DNA from: Myxococcota bacterium
GTDB lineage: Bacteria; Myxococcota_A; UBA9160; UBA6930
Direction of reading: 5' to 3'
DNA: 64,000 nucleotides
NCBI GenBank assembly: GCA_965223415.1
Contig: OZ245002.1
Span: 2,784,001-2,848,000, forward strand
Shown here: piece by piece, positions 11,530-21,081 of the stretch
How the letters are laid out: each line of letters begins with the position of its first letter
Numbering within the stretch: the stretch's first letter is position 1
The notes under the pieces: generated by a model
The model's input: the letters and a program-made list of their open reading frames with translations, nothing else
What the model was told of the DNA's origin: nothing
Databases searched by the model: none
Program-made: the position numbers and the translations under genes

Positions 11530-12135
11530 GGCGGCTTCGTTGACGCCCGGGGGGTCGGTGGAGCGCTGGCCCGGGTGCCAGGTGCCGTCGCCGCGGCGGG
11601 TGAGGAGGATGCGGCCGCCGACCTCGGGCTGGCCCTCGGCGGGGGCTTCTCCCGTCAGGTGGCGGACGATCTCGCGGATCACGCCCTTGTGCAGGACGGC
11701 CACGGCGGTGCGGCCGGGGTCGGCCAGGAGGCGCTCGAGAGCCCGCCCGATGCGGGCCTGGAAATCGGCGCGCAGCTCGCCGCCCGGGTACTCGAAGCCC
11801 TCGGCGCCGGCCTGCCAATCGTCGAAGAGCGCGGGATCCTGGGCCTGGATCTCCTCCTTCGAGAGGCCCTCCCAGCGCCCGAAGTGGATCTCCCGGAGCT
11901 CGCTCTCCATGCGCACCTGAGCTCCGCGGCTCACGACCGCAGCCCCGCCCCAGGAGCGCTTCAGGGTGCTGGCCACGTAGAGATCGGCGGGCTCGTCGCG
12001 CAGCTCGCTGGCGACGCGCCGCATCTGCGCCCGCCCTTCGGCGGACAGGCCGAGGTCGGTGCTGCCGTAGTAGCGGACGCTCGACTCGCCGTCGGTCTCA
12101 CCGTGGCGGATCAGGATCAGGCGGCGGATGGACAT
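11527..12135 (-). CDS. Histidine phosphatase (phosphoglycerate mutase-like) family protein
   Basis: LIRHGET, LREIHFGRWEG and HKGVIR motifs; GGAG RBS before ATG 12135. Confidence 0.88.
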   Translation of the reverse strand: MSIRRLILIRHGETDGESSVRYYGSTDLGLSAEGRAQMRRVASELRDEPADLYVASTLKRSWGGAAVVSRGAQVRMESELREIHFGRWEGLSKEEIQAQDPALFDDWQAGAEGFEYPGGELRADFQARIGRALERLLADPGRTAVAVLHKGVIREIVRHLTGEAPAEGQPEVGGRILLTRRGDGTWHPGQRSTDPPGVNEAA

Positions 12136-12231
12136 GGGCGGCTCCTCCGGGAATCGCGCGGGAGAATGGCCGGCTCCCCGGGCCTCGTCAATTCGAGGCC
12201 CGAGGCGGCGCGGTTGGTAGACTGGCCCGCC

Positions 12232-13581
12232 ATGACCGGCCGAGCCTGGGGGGTGATCGCACTGCTCGCCCTCGCCATCGTGGCGGGGACCAGCGTCTGG
12301 CTGCGCTGCGAGGGCGCCGCCCCGGAGATCCGGGCCCCGGAGCGGGTCGTGATCGGGCGGGCCGGCGCGGAGGTGAGCCTGGGCGCCTCCGACGCGGGCT
12401 CCGGGGTGCGAGAGCTGGCCGTGCGCCTGCGCCACGCCGGCGGCGAGGCCACCGTGTTCCGCGAGAGCTACCCGGGCAACCCGCTGACCGGCGGCGTGCT
12501 GAAGCCCGGCATCCCCGACGTCGCCGCGAGCCTCGACCCGAAGGCCCTCGGCTTGAAGGACGGAGAAGCGTTCCTGATCGTGGAGGCGACGGACTGGTCG
12601 TGGGCCTCGATGCTCAGGGGCAACACGGGCGCCCTCGAGGTGCCGGTCCGCATCGACCTGAAGGCGCCGCGGGTCTCCGTCCGAACCGGCCTCACCTACG
12701 TGAAGCGCGGCGGCAGCGCCTCGGTCGTCTACCAGGTGAACGAGGACGCGGCCCGGGACGGCGTCCTGGTGGGCGACGCCTTCTTCCAGGGCGTGCCGCT
12801 ACCGGCCGCGGACGACGGGCGGCGCATCGCGATCTTCGCGATTCCCCGGGACGCCCCGGACAACGTGCCCATCCGCGTCGTGGCCGAGGACGCCGCCGGC
12901 AACCGGGGCACCGGTGGCTGGGCCACGCGTCTCCAGGAGCGGGGCTTCCAGGAGGTGACGATCAACCTGGGCGAGCGCTTCCTCTCCGGCAAGGTGCCGG
13001 AGCTGGCGGACGCCCTGGATCTCGACGCCTCCGATCCGATCGTCGCCTTCCAGCACATCAACACGGAGGTGCGCGCGGCCAACGAGGAGGAGATCCGGCG
13101 CATCGTGGCAAGAGCCACCCCGCCGCTCGCGTTCGAGGGCGGCTTCCTGCAGATGCGCGGCTCGGCGGTCACCAGCCGCTTCGCCGAGCACCGGAGCTAC
13201 TTCGTCGAGGGCCGCAAGGTCTCCGAGGCGATCCACTACGGCTACGACCTGGCCTCCACCGCCGGTGCGGCGATCGAGGCGTCGAACGCGGGCCGCGTGC
13301 TCTTCGCGGACGCCCTCGGCATCTACGGCAACTGCGTGATCGTCGACCACGGGCTCGGCGTGACCTCCCTCTACGCGCACCTCTCCCGCATCGACGTGGG
13401 CGCCGGCGACGAGGTGGCGCGGGGGCAATCCCTCGGCACCTCCGGTGCGACGGGGCTCGCTGGCGGCGACCACCTGCACTTCGCGATCCTCGTCGGCGAC
13501 ACCTACGTCGACCCGAAGGAGTGGTGGGACGCGAAGTGGGTACGGGATCACATCGAGGCGCGCTTCGAACCCACCGAGTGA
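12232..13581 (+). CDS. M23-family metallopeptidase (membrane-anchored)
   Basis: N-terminal TM segment, HYGYD (HxxxD), YAHLS and HLHF motifs. Confidence 0.9.
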   Translation: MTGRAWGVIALLALAIVAGTSVWLRCEGAAPEIRAPERVVIGRAGAEVSLGASDAGSGVRELAVRLRHAGGEATVFRESYPGNPLTGGVLKPGIPDVAASLDPKALGLKDGEAFLIVEATDWSWASMLRGNTGALEVPVRIDLKAPRVSVRTGLTYVKRGGSASVVYQVNEDAARDGVLVGDAFFQGVPLPAADDGRRIAIFAIPRDAPDNVPIRVVAEDAAGNRGTGGWATRLQERGFQEVTINLGERFLSGKVPELADALDLDASDPIVAFQHINTEVRAANEEEIRRIVARATPPLAFEGGFLQMRGSAVTSRFAEHRSYFVEGRKVSEAIHYGYDLASTAGAAIEASNAGRVLFADALGIYGNCVIVDHGLGVTSLYAHLSRIDVGAGDEVARGQSLGTSGATGLAGGDHLHFAILVGDTYVDPKEWWDAKWVRDHIEARFEPTE

Positions 13582-13591
13582 AGGGGCCGCG

Positions 13592-14305
13592 GTGAAGGTC
13601 GCTCGAGAAGCGGAGCTCGAGGGCTTCCTGCTGCGGCGCTACAAGCGCTTCTTCGCCGACGTCGAGACGCTGGACGGCCGCAAGCTCACCGTCCACTGCC
13701 CGAACCCGGGCAGCATGCGCGGGCTCCTCGTGGAAGGCGCGCCGGTGCGCTGCTCCACGAGCGCGAACCCGAAGCGCAAGCTCGCCCACACCCTCGAGAT
13801 GATCCGCATCGGACGCAGCTGGGTGGGGCTGCACACGGGCCGGGGCAACGCCGTCGCTGCGGCCGCCATCGACGCCGGGCTCCTGCCGTCCTTGGATGGC
13901 TACGAGGTGCGGCGCCCTGAGGTGCGCATCGAGCACGGCGGTACGAGCTCGCGCATCGACTTCCACCTCTCGAAGCACCGGAGCCGGCCCGACGCCTGGG
14001 TCGAGGTGAAGAGCGTCACCTTGGCCGCGGGCCGGCGCGCGCGCTTCCCGGACAGCGTCACCGAGCGGGGACGGAAGCACGCGGAGCTGCTCGGCACGCT
14101 CGCGCGGCGGGGCGAGCGCGGCGTCCTGCTCTTCGTCGTCCAACGGGGCGATTGCCGGATCGTGGAGCCAGCCGACGACATCGACCCGGCCTACGGCGCC
14201 GCACTGCGGCAGGCAGTGGCGCGAGGTGCGGAGGTGCTCGCAGTGCGGGCGCGGATTCGCCAGGACGCGATCGTCCCCCTGGACCGGCTACCGGTCGAGC
14301 TGTGA
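13592..14305 (+). CDS. sfsA: DNA/RNA nuclease SfsA
   Basis: RYKRFFADV, HCPNPGSM, SRIDF, VEVKSVTL and FPDSVTERGRKH motifs. Confidence 0.92.
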   Translation: MKVAREAELEGFLLRRYKRFFADVETLDGRKLTVHCPNPGSMRGLLVEGAPVRCSTSANPKRKLAHTLEMIRIGRSWVGLHTGRGNAVAAAAIDAGLLPSLDGYEVRRPEVRIEHGGTSSRIDFHLSKHRSRPDAWVEVKSVTLAAGRRARFPDSVTERGRKHAELLGTLARRGERGVLLFVVQRGDCRIVEPADDIDPAYGAALRQAVARGAEVLAVRARIRQDAIVPLDRLPVEL

Positions 14306-15369
14306 GCCGGGCCGCGCTGCGCCGGGCGCTGCTGCGCTGGTACCGCGAGCAGGCCCGCGACCTCCCCTGGCGCCGGACGCGCGATCCCTACGCCATCTGG
14401 GTCTCCGAGACGATGCTGCAGCAGACCCGGGTCGAGACGGTCATCCCCTACTACGAGCGCTTCCTCGCCCGCTTTCCGACCGTGGAAGCGCTGGCAGACG
14501 CCGAGAGCGACGACCTGATGGAGCACTGGGCGGGCCTCGGGTACTACCGGCGCGCGCGCAACCTGCAGGCCGCCGCCCGGAAGGTGGTGGAGGAGCACGG
14601 CGGCGCGCTGCCGGACGACGTGGAGGGGCTGCTCGAGCTGCCGGGCGTGGGACGCTACACGGCCGGGGCGCTGGCCTCGATCGCCTTCGACCGCCCGGCG
14701 CCGATCGTCGACGGCAACGTGGCCCGGGTGTTCGCGCGGCTGTTCGGGATCCGCGAGGACGTGCGCAGCGCTCCGGTGCAGGCGCGCCTGTGGGAGGAGG
14801 CGACGGCGTTGGCGCGGGGGCGCAGTCCGGGCGATCTGAACCAGTCCGTGATGGAGCTCGGCGCCACCGTCTGCACACCGCGCGCGCCGGAGTGCCTGCT
14901 GTGTCCGCTGATGCGCCACTGCGACGCACGCGAGGCCGGAGACGCCGAGGCCCTACCCGTGAAGCCTCCGAAGAAGCCGCCGCGCGAGGTCGCGGCGGTC
15001 GCCGCACGGGTCGATCGCGACGGCCGCGTGCTCGCCGTGCGGCGACCGCCGGGAGGGCTCCTCGGCGGCCTGTGGGAGCTGCCCGGTGACGAGCTCGAAG
15101 CCGGCGAGACCCCGGAGGCCGCCGCGGCGCGCAGCCTGCGCGAGCGCGCCGGCCTCACCGCCAAGGCCTGTACACCGCTGGGCGCGATCGAGCACCTCTT
15201 CACCCACCGCCGCCTCACCCTCCACGTCCTGCGCGTCGACGTCGCCCCCGGCCGCGTGCGCCGCCACCACTACGACGCCCACCGCTGGCTCCTCGAGCCC
15301 GCCCTCGGCGCCCTCCCCCTCTCCACACTCGCCCGCAAAGCCATCGCCCTTCCCCCCGCATCGCGGTGA
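14302..15369 (+). CDS. mutY: A/G-specific adenine glycosylase
   Basis: SETMLQQT, GLGYYRRARNL, HhH LPGVGRYTA, VDGNV, CX6CX2CX5C Fe-S motif and C-terminal NUDIX-like domain. Confidence 0.95.
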   Translation: MSRAALRRALLRWYREQARDLPWRRTRDPYAIWVSETMLQQTRVETVIPYYERFLARFPTVEALADAESDDLMEHWAGLGYYRRARNLQAAARKVVEEHGGALPDDVEGLLELPGVGRYTAGALASIAFDRPAPIVDGNVARVFARLFGIREDVRSAPVQARLWEEATALARGRSPGDLNQSVMELGATVCTPRAPECLLCPLMRHCDAREAGDAEALPVKPPKKPPREVAAVAARVDRDGRVLAVRRPPGGLLGGLWELPGDELEAGETPEAAAARSLRERAGLTAKACTPLGAIEHLFTHRRLTLHVLRVDVAPGRVRRHHYDAHRWLLEPALGALPLSTLARKAIALPPASR

Positions 15370-15746
15370 GCTTCGAGATCGAGCGACGGGGAGAGCGGGT
15401 GGCGGGAATCGCGGCCGGGGTGGACCGGGCGCATCTCCGGCGGCTCGAACGGGGGGAGATTGAGGTCGACGCGGAGCTGGACCTGCACGGGCTGGACGGG
15501 CGGGAGGCGCGCCGGGCCGTGCGAGAGGCGCTGGAGGAGGCGTACCACGACGGCGAGCGGTGCCTGCTCGTGATCCACGGGCGAGGGCGGCGCTCGGAGC
15601 TCGGCCCGGTGCTGCGCGAGGCGTTGCCGGAATGGCTCACGGCGCCGCCGGTCGGGCGCCGGGTGTTGGCCTTCGCATCGGCGCGGCCTGGGGACGGCGG
15701 CACCGGCGCCACCTACGTGCTTCTGCGACGGCACAGAGGCAGGTAG
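15366..15746 (+). CDS. Stand-alone Smr/MutS2-domain protein
   Basis: LDLHG, VIHGRG and GGTGATYV motifs. Confidence 0.9.
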   Translation: MSFEIERRGERVAGIAAGVDRAHLRRLERGEIEVDAELDLHGLDGREARRAVREALEEAYHDGERCLLVIHGRGRRSELGPVLREALPEWLTAPPVGRRVLAFASARPGDGGTGATYVLLRRHRGR

Positions 15747-15761
15747 CTATCCTGCCCCCTC

Positions 15762-16850
15762 ATGGGCAGCTCCAGCGGCCGGCTCTTCCGCATCACCACC
15801 TTCGGCGAGTCCCACGGCGGCGCCGTGGGTGTCGTCGTGGACGGATGCCCTCCCCGGATCGAGATCTCGGAGCAGGAGATCCAGGCGGAGCTCGACCGCC
15901 GCCGCCCCGGCCAGAGCCGCTTCACGACGCCGCGGCGGGAAGACGACCGGGTCGAGATCGTGTCCGGCGTCTTCGAGGGCCGCACCCTCGGCACGCCGAT
16001 CGCGCTGGTCGTGCGCAACCAGGACGCGCGTCCCTCCGCCTACGAGGACATGAAGGATCTCTACCGCCCGAGCCACGCGGACTACACCTACGAGGCCAAG
16101 TACGGCATCCGCAACTGGCAGGGAGGCGGCCGCGCCAGCGCGCGGGAGACGATCGGCCGCGTCGCCGCGGGCGCCCTCGCTCGCAAGCTCCTGGGCGAGC
16201 AGTGCGGCGGCACTGAGGTGGTGGCGTGGGTCGCCCAGGTCCACGACGTCGAGGCGAAGGTGGACGCAAGCCGGGTGGCCCTCGCGGATGTCGAGGCCAG
16301 CCCGGTGCGCTGCCCGGACGCCGCGGCGGCCGGCGAGATGGAGACGCGCATCGACGCCGCGCGGGAGCGCGGCGATTCCCTCGGCGGCGTCGTCGAGTGC
16401 GTCGCCCGGGGCGTGCCACCCGGCCTCGGCGAGCCGGTCTTCGACAAGCTCGAGGCGGACCTCGCCAAGGCCCTGATGTCGCTCCCCGCCTCGAAGGGCT
16501 TCGAGATCGGCAGCGGCTTCGGCGGCACCCGGCTCACGGGAATCGAGCACAACGATCCCTTCGTGCCGGGTGAGGGCGGCCTCCCCCACACGACGACGAA
16601 CCGATCGGGCGGCGTGCAGGGTGGAATCAGCAACGGCGAGCCGATCCTGCTGCGCGTCGCCTTCAAGCCGACCGCGACCATCCGGCTCGAGCAGGACACG
16701 GTGGACCGGGAGAACCGTCCCACAAAGCTCGCCGCGAAGGGACGCCACGATCCCTGCGTCCTTCCGCGGGCCGTGCCCATGGTCGAGGCCGCGGTCTGCC
16801 TGGTCCTCGCGGACCACTGGCTGCGCCAGCGCGCCCAGAACCCGGACTGA
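15762..16850 (+). CDS. aroC: Chorismate synthase
   Basis: [21 protein letters not shown] and GRHDPC motifs. Confidence 0.97.
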   Translation: MGSSSGRLFRITTFGESHGGAVGVVVDGCPPRIEISEQEIQAELDRRRPGQSRFTTPRREDDRVEIVSGVFEGRTLGTPIALVVRNQDARPSAYEDMKDLYRPSHADYTYEAKYGIRNWQGGGRASARETIGRVAAGALARKLLGEQCGGTEVVAWVAQVHDVEAKVDASRVALADVEASPVRCPDAAAAGEMETRIDAARERGDSLGGVVECVARGVPPGLGEPVFDKLEADLAKALMSLPASKGFEIGSGFGGTRLTGIEHNDPFVPGEGGLPHTTTNRSGGVQGGISNGEPILLRVAFKPTATIRLEQDTVDRENRPTKLAAKGRHDPCVLPRAVPMVEAAVCLVLADHWLRQRAQNPD

Positions 16851-16954
16851 GCGGGCCGAACGCAGCCCGGGCCGCCTGTGAAGCGCTTCACTGTGGCGGG
16901 GGCGGGAGCGGTGCACCTTGAGCCGCGTACCTCAACTGCGCCCAAGGGAATCCC

Positions 16955-17485
16955 ATGAAACCTCGCTTCAGCTTCCTCCATCGAACCCGCGCCGTGATCC
17001 TCGCGGCCGCCCTCCTCATGTGGACCGTTCCGGCCCTGGCCGGCGGGCCGCTCGAGCCGCCCGACGGCGTCGGCAACCCGGACTTCAACGACTACTCCGG
17101 CTACTTCATCGTCGCGCTCTTCCCGGGCGTGCGCGAGAACTCCAGCCAGAGGACGCGATTCCAGTGCTTCAACGCGGGCGGCGCCACCGCCGACAACGTC
17201 GTGGTCCAGTTCTACTCCGCGAACGGCTCCGCGAGCAGGGCACCTACCGGAATCGATGGCCTGGCATCCGTCGTGGATCCCGGCGAGGCGCCCAGTGACG
17301 ACACCGAGTTCGGCGTGACCGGCTCGGTGAGCGACCGGGGCATCGCGCGCATCATCGCGATCGATAGCGTCCGCAGGCGGAACCCCGCCCTCAACTGCTC
17401 GGCGACCATCGAGACCGCCGGAACGGGCACCACGATCGGCTCGCTCCAGCGGGTGGACCTGCCGCGGAAGAAGAAGAAGCGCTAG
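16955..17485 (+). CDS. Hypothetical secreted protein
   Basis: Signal peptide ending PALA, two Cys, typical codon usage. Confidence 0.6.
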   Translation: MKPRFSFLHRTRAVILAAALLMWTVPALAGGPLEPPDGVGNPDFNDYSGYFIVALFPGVRENSSQRTRFQCFNAGGATADNVVVQFYSANGSASRAPTGIDGLASVVDPGEAPSDDTEFGVTGSVSDRGIARIIAIDSVRRRNPALNCSATIETAGTGTTIGSLQRVDLPRKKKKR

Positions 17486-17497
17486 CCCTCTCCTTGC

Positions 17498-18448
17498 TCA
17501 CTCCTCGTCCGGGGCGCCGAGGTCGAGGTCCGCGAGGGCCTCTTCCGCGGCGTCCCGGACGTCCGGGTCCGCGTGGAACTGCAGCGGCTCGATCGCGTCG
17601 ACGATGCTCTCGTCGCCGACGAAGGCCAGCAGCTCCAGGCTGCGGACCAGGACCTCCGGATGCTCGCTGCGGAGTGCGCCGACCAGGGCGGCGGTGGCGC
17701 GTAGCGTCTCGTCCTCTGCCAGCCGCTCCAGCGCGGAGATACGCACCTCCGGGTCGTCGTCCTCGACCGCGGCGATCACCAGGTCCAGGCCCCAGCCGCT
17801 GGTGTCCATGTCGACGATCGCCTCCATGCGATCCTCCGGATCCCGGCTCTCGAGCTGGTCGATCAGCTGCCCGTTGGTCTTGACCGGAAGGGGGACGGGA
17901 GGCGGGCCCGAGCGCCGCGCCTCCTCCTCCTGGCGCCGCTCCTCTTCCTGCTGCGCTGCAGCTTCGCGAGCAGCGGCGGACGGGTTCTCCCGCTCGACCG
18001 GGTGGGAGAGCCCGGTCAGGGGCGCCGCGCCGACGTCCAGGCTCGTCAGTCGATGGCGGGGAGGCCCCGGCGCCTCGACGGGCGCCCATCTCGCCGCGTA
18101 GGGAACGCCGCGCAGCAGCTCGGCGAGGACGGCGGCCAGCGGCGCGTCGATCCGCACCAGGGTCACCGGCCGGGACGGAGCCTGCCCGCGAAGTGGGAAC
18201 TCGCCCTGGGCGGCCAGCGCGGTCATCAGCTCGTTCAGGGGGACACCGCCGGCGCGAAGCGAGACCCGATCCGCCTCCAGGGCGATCGATAGCTCGCCGG
18301 GGAGCGGCGCGTCGGGCCCGGGTGCAGCAGGCGCGGGCGAAGGTGGGGCCGTCTCCCGCGCAGGCTGCGGAGCCGGCGGAGCGGGCGGGAGCTCCGGCTC
18401 GGCTCCGCATGCGAGAGCCGAGAGCACGACGGGAAGGAGGCGGCGCAT
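17498..18448 (-). CDS. Putative lipoprotein with C-terminal HEAT repeats
   Basis: Lipobox-like ALAC, Pro-rich linker, DPEVR/HPEV/DPDVR HEAT-like repeats. Confidence 0.7.
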   Translation of the reverse strand: MRRLLPVVLSALACGAEPELPPAPPAPQPARETAPPSPAPAAPGPDAPLPGELSIALEADRVSLRAGGVPLNELMTALAAQGEFPLRGQAPSRPVTLVRIDAPLAAVLAELLRGVPYAARWAPVEAPGPPRHRLTSLDVGAAPLTGLSHPVERENPSAAAREAAAQQEEERRQEEEARRSGPPPVPLPVKTNGQLIDQLESRDPEDRMEAIVDMDTSGWGLDLVIAAVEDDDPEVRISALERLAEDETLRATAALVGALRSEHPEVLVRSLELLAFVGDESIVDAIEPLQFHADPDVRDAAEEALADLDLGAPDEE

Positions 18449-18461
18449 CACTCGAAGATAG

Positions 18462-18914
18462 TCAGGGCAGCAGCACGAAGCCGGTGAAGAAGCTCGCCAC
18501 CGCACAGCCCACGGCGGCGAGCGCCAGGAGCGCGTGGGTGTCCACGTTCCGGCTGCGGCCCGTCTCGAGCCGGCGGCCGAGGACGCCGGTCGTGACGAAG
18601 AGCAGCAGCGAGGCGGTGCTCACGAAGCCGTGGGCCGTCGTGAAGACGCCCCAGCCCCGCAGCCACCAGGCCGAGGCGAGGCCCGCCGCGTAGCCGACCG
18701 CGATCATCACCAGCGCCGGCTTCGCCCGGCGCAGGTGTCGCCGCAGCTCGCCACGCGGCCGGCGCGTACCGAGCCGCCTGGCGCTGCGCAGTCGGAGACC
18801 CGTGCGCAGCGCCAGGCCCGCCCAGAGGATCGAGACGATCATCCAGAGCGGATGGACGTGGGCGAGCCAGAAGAAGAGCGGCTCCTGGCCCGTCGGGTCG
18901 GGCGCGCCGTCCAG
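18462..18914 (-). CDS. Small His-containing membrane protein (DUF4079-like); start uncertain (CTG 18914 or ATG 18842)
   Basis: Four hydrophobic segments with His residues (HVHP, RRH, TAHG, THA). Confidence 0.6.
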   Translation of the reverse strand: MDGAPDPTGQEPLFFWLAHVHPLWMIVSILWAGLALRTGLRLRSARRLGTRRPRGELRRHLRRAKPALVMIAVGYAAGLASAWWLRGWGVFTTAHGFVSTASLLLFVTTGVLGRRLETGRSRNVDTHALLALAAVGCAVASFFTGFVLLP

Positions 18915-19640
18915 CTATTCGACCTTGTGGACGGCGTCGCTCGGCAGCCTTCCGAGCAGCGCGTCGAGGGCTTGCTGGAGGTACCCCGCGTCCCTGGACT
19001 CGAGGGTCAGCAGCACGTGGAAGGCCTCTTCGCCGATCTTGGGGTAGGAGCCGAGCATCAGCTGGGGGAACTCGGAGAGCAGCTCGTGCAGAGCCTCGGC
19101 GATGTCGCTCTCGCGCCGGCGGACGTAGACCCGCTTCAAGAGGAAGGGAACGCCGCGGAAGCGATCGCGGATCGACTCGAACTTCTTGTAGAGCAGCTCG
19201 GGGATGCCGGGGAAGACGTGGACGTTCTCCACGACGACGACGGGAAACCAGAGATCACCGGCGTCGATCAGCTGGGCACCGTGAGGGATCATCGCCATCT
19301 TCACCTGGCTCTCGTTGACGGGCTTGTTCTGCGCCCGCTCCATGCGGCCGATGATCGACTCGTTCCGTTCGACCTCGATGCCGAAGGCGGCCGCCACACC
19401 GTCCATGGTGAGATCGTCGTGGGTGGGGCCGATACCGCCGGAGGTGAAGACGAAGTCGTAGGCGTCGCTCATGGCCCGGACCTCCCGGGCGATCAGGTCG
19501 ATCTCGTCGGGGATGGTCAGGATCCGCTCGACGTCGACCCCGAGCTCCCGCAGCTCCCGACACAGGTAGGGCGAGTTCGTGTCGGTGACCTTTCCGGAGA
19601 GGATCTCGTTGCCGATGATCAGGATACCGGCGGTCGGCAT
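18915..19640 (-). CDS. Molybdopterin-binding / CinA N-terminal-like protein
   Basis: IIGNEILSG..DTN, TSGGIGPTHDDLT and FPGIP motifs; no CinA C-terminal deamidase domain. Confidence 0.88.
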   Translation of the reverse strand: MPTAGILIIGNEILSGKVTDTNSPYLCRELRELGVDVERILTIPDEIDLIAREVRAMSDAYDFVFTSGGIGPTHDDLTMDGVAAAFGIEVERNESIIGRMERAQNKPVNESQVKMAMIPHGAQLIDAGDLWFPVVVVENVHVFPGIPELLYKKFESIRDRFRGVPFLLKRVYVRRRESDIAEALHELLSEFPQLMLGSYPKIGEEAFHVLLTLESRDAGYLQQALDALLGRLPSDAVHKVE

Positions 19641-19694
19641 GGGGGCAGGTTATCCGATCGGCCCGGCAGCTGCCGCGCGGGTATGCTCGCCGGC

Positions 19695-20003
19695 GTGGAG
19701 CACGAGGTGCGACTGCGGCGCCGCCGCGAGGGACGGCGGGAGATCGTTCGGGTGTCGCTGGTCGAAGGGCGCACGCTGATGGAAGCGGCCCGCGCCGCGG
19801 GCCTGCCGATCGCGAGCGCGTGCGGCGGCGGCAGCCTGTGCGCCCGCTGCGGCGTGGAGATCCTGGCAGGAGCCGGACATCTCACGCCGGAACCGGCCTC
19901 GGAAGCAGAGGCGAAGCGCCGCAACCGCATCGAGCCCCGGCTGCGCCTGGCCTGCGTGGCCCGGGTCGCGGGGCCGGTCGAGGTGACGGCCGCCTACTGG
20001 TAG
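19695..20003 (+). CDS. 2Fe-2S ferredoxin
   Basis: CGGGSLCARC...RLAC motif. Confidence 0.85.
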   Translation: MEHEVRLRRRREGRREIVRVSLVEGRTLMEAARAAGLPIASACGGGSLCARCGVEILAGAGHLTPEPASEAEAKRRNRIEPRLRLACVARVAGPVEVTAAYW

Positions 20004-20015
20004 GCGGAGGCGTCC

Positions 20016-20372
20016 ATGCGCGGCATCGTCCTCATCGACCACGGCAGCCGCGAGCCCGCGGCGAACGCGCAGCTCGACACGTTGGCCGAGCAGGTGGCGG
20101 CACGCCTGCCGGACTGTGCCGTGCGCGCCGCGCACATGGAGCTCGCCGCGCCGAGCCTCGACGAGGCCGTCGACACCCTCGTCGCCGAAGGCGCCACCGA
20201 GATCACCCTCCACCCCTTCTTCGTCGCCCCGGGCCGCCACGTCCGCGAAGACATCCCCCGCCTCGCCGCCGACGCCCGCGCCCGCCACCCCACCGTCCCC
20301 ATCCACATCACCGCCCCCCTCGGCCTCCACCCCGCCATCCTCGAAGCCGTCCTCTCCCGCCTGTCGCAGTAG
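20016..20372 (+). CDS. Single-domain sirohydrochlorin chelatase (CbiX/SirB family)
   Basis: HGSR, MELAAP, PFFVAPGRHVREDIP and PLG.HP motifs. Confidence 0.88.
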   Translation: MRGIVLIDHGSREPAANAQLDTLAEQVAARLPDCAVRAAHMELAAPSLDEAVDTLVAEGATEITLHPFFVAPGRHVREDIPRLAADARARHPTVPIHITAPLGLHPAILEAVLSRLSQ

Positions 20373-20411
20373 CTGTTGCTCTTTGGGGGGCGGTTCCGTT
20401 TGTTGCGTTGT

Positions 20412-21059
20412 TCAGACGTAGAGGCTGAGGTCGCTGGCGAAGGGGATCAGGCGGAGGCGATGGGCGAGGGCGCGGGAGGGGCGGTTGTCCCAGGAGGTGC
20501 TGTAGAGGGGAATCCCTCCCCGGCGGCGGACCTCGTGGGCCCAGGCGGCGACGAGCTCGGCGCCGAGGCCGTGGCGCCGGTGGGAGGGGGCGGTCTCGAC
20601 ACCGGCCTCGACGGCCCCACTCGCGCAGGGCGACGTGGCTGCATGACAGGACGCCACGACCCGGCCGCCGTCCAGGACGACCGCGTGGGGCGCACGGTCG
20701 TCCCGCCAGTGGACGTCGCTGCGAGGCGCGTCGAGCTCTTCGGGAAAGCGGAACGCGATACCGCGCCAGACACGGCGAATCGGCCCCCACGCTTCCAGTC
20801 GCTCGCACATCGCCGGCAGGCGCTCCGGGTCGGCATCGAGATCGGCGCTGGTCCGCTCCGCTCCGGCGAGCCGCGAGAGCTCTCGCACCAGCGCGTCGGG
20901 AAGATCGTCCCGCAGGCGCCACAGGTTGCCGTGACGCGTGCGACCGAAGAAGAAGGCGGGGGCCCGCGGGTCGTCGTCGGGCCCGCCGTTCCACGCGGTG
21001 ATCCGCCCCTGCGGATCGTGGCGGAACAGGGTGCGGATCTGGAGGTCGAGCCACCCCAG
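20412..21059 (-). CDS. GNAT-family N-acetyltransferase; start uncertain
   Basis: EAGVET...RRHGLG (acetyl-CoA loop), YSTSWDNRPSRALA. Confidence 0.75.
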   Translation of the reverse strand: MGWLDLQIRTLFRHDPQGRITAWNGGPDDDPRAPAFFFGRTRHGNLWRLRDDLPDALVRELSRLAGAERTSADLDADPERLPAMCERLEAWGPIRRVWRGIAFRFPEELDAPRSDVHWRDDRAPHAVVLDGGRVVASCHAATSPCASGAVEAGVETAPSHRRHGLGAELVAAWAHEVRRRGGIPLYSTSWDNRPSRALAHRLRLIPFASDLSLYV

Positions 21060-21081
21060 GTCGGTCGCGAGGGGGTGCGCC

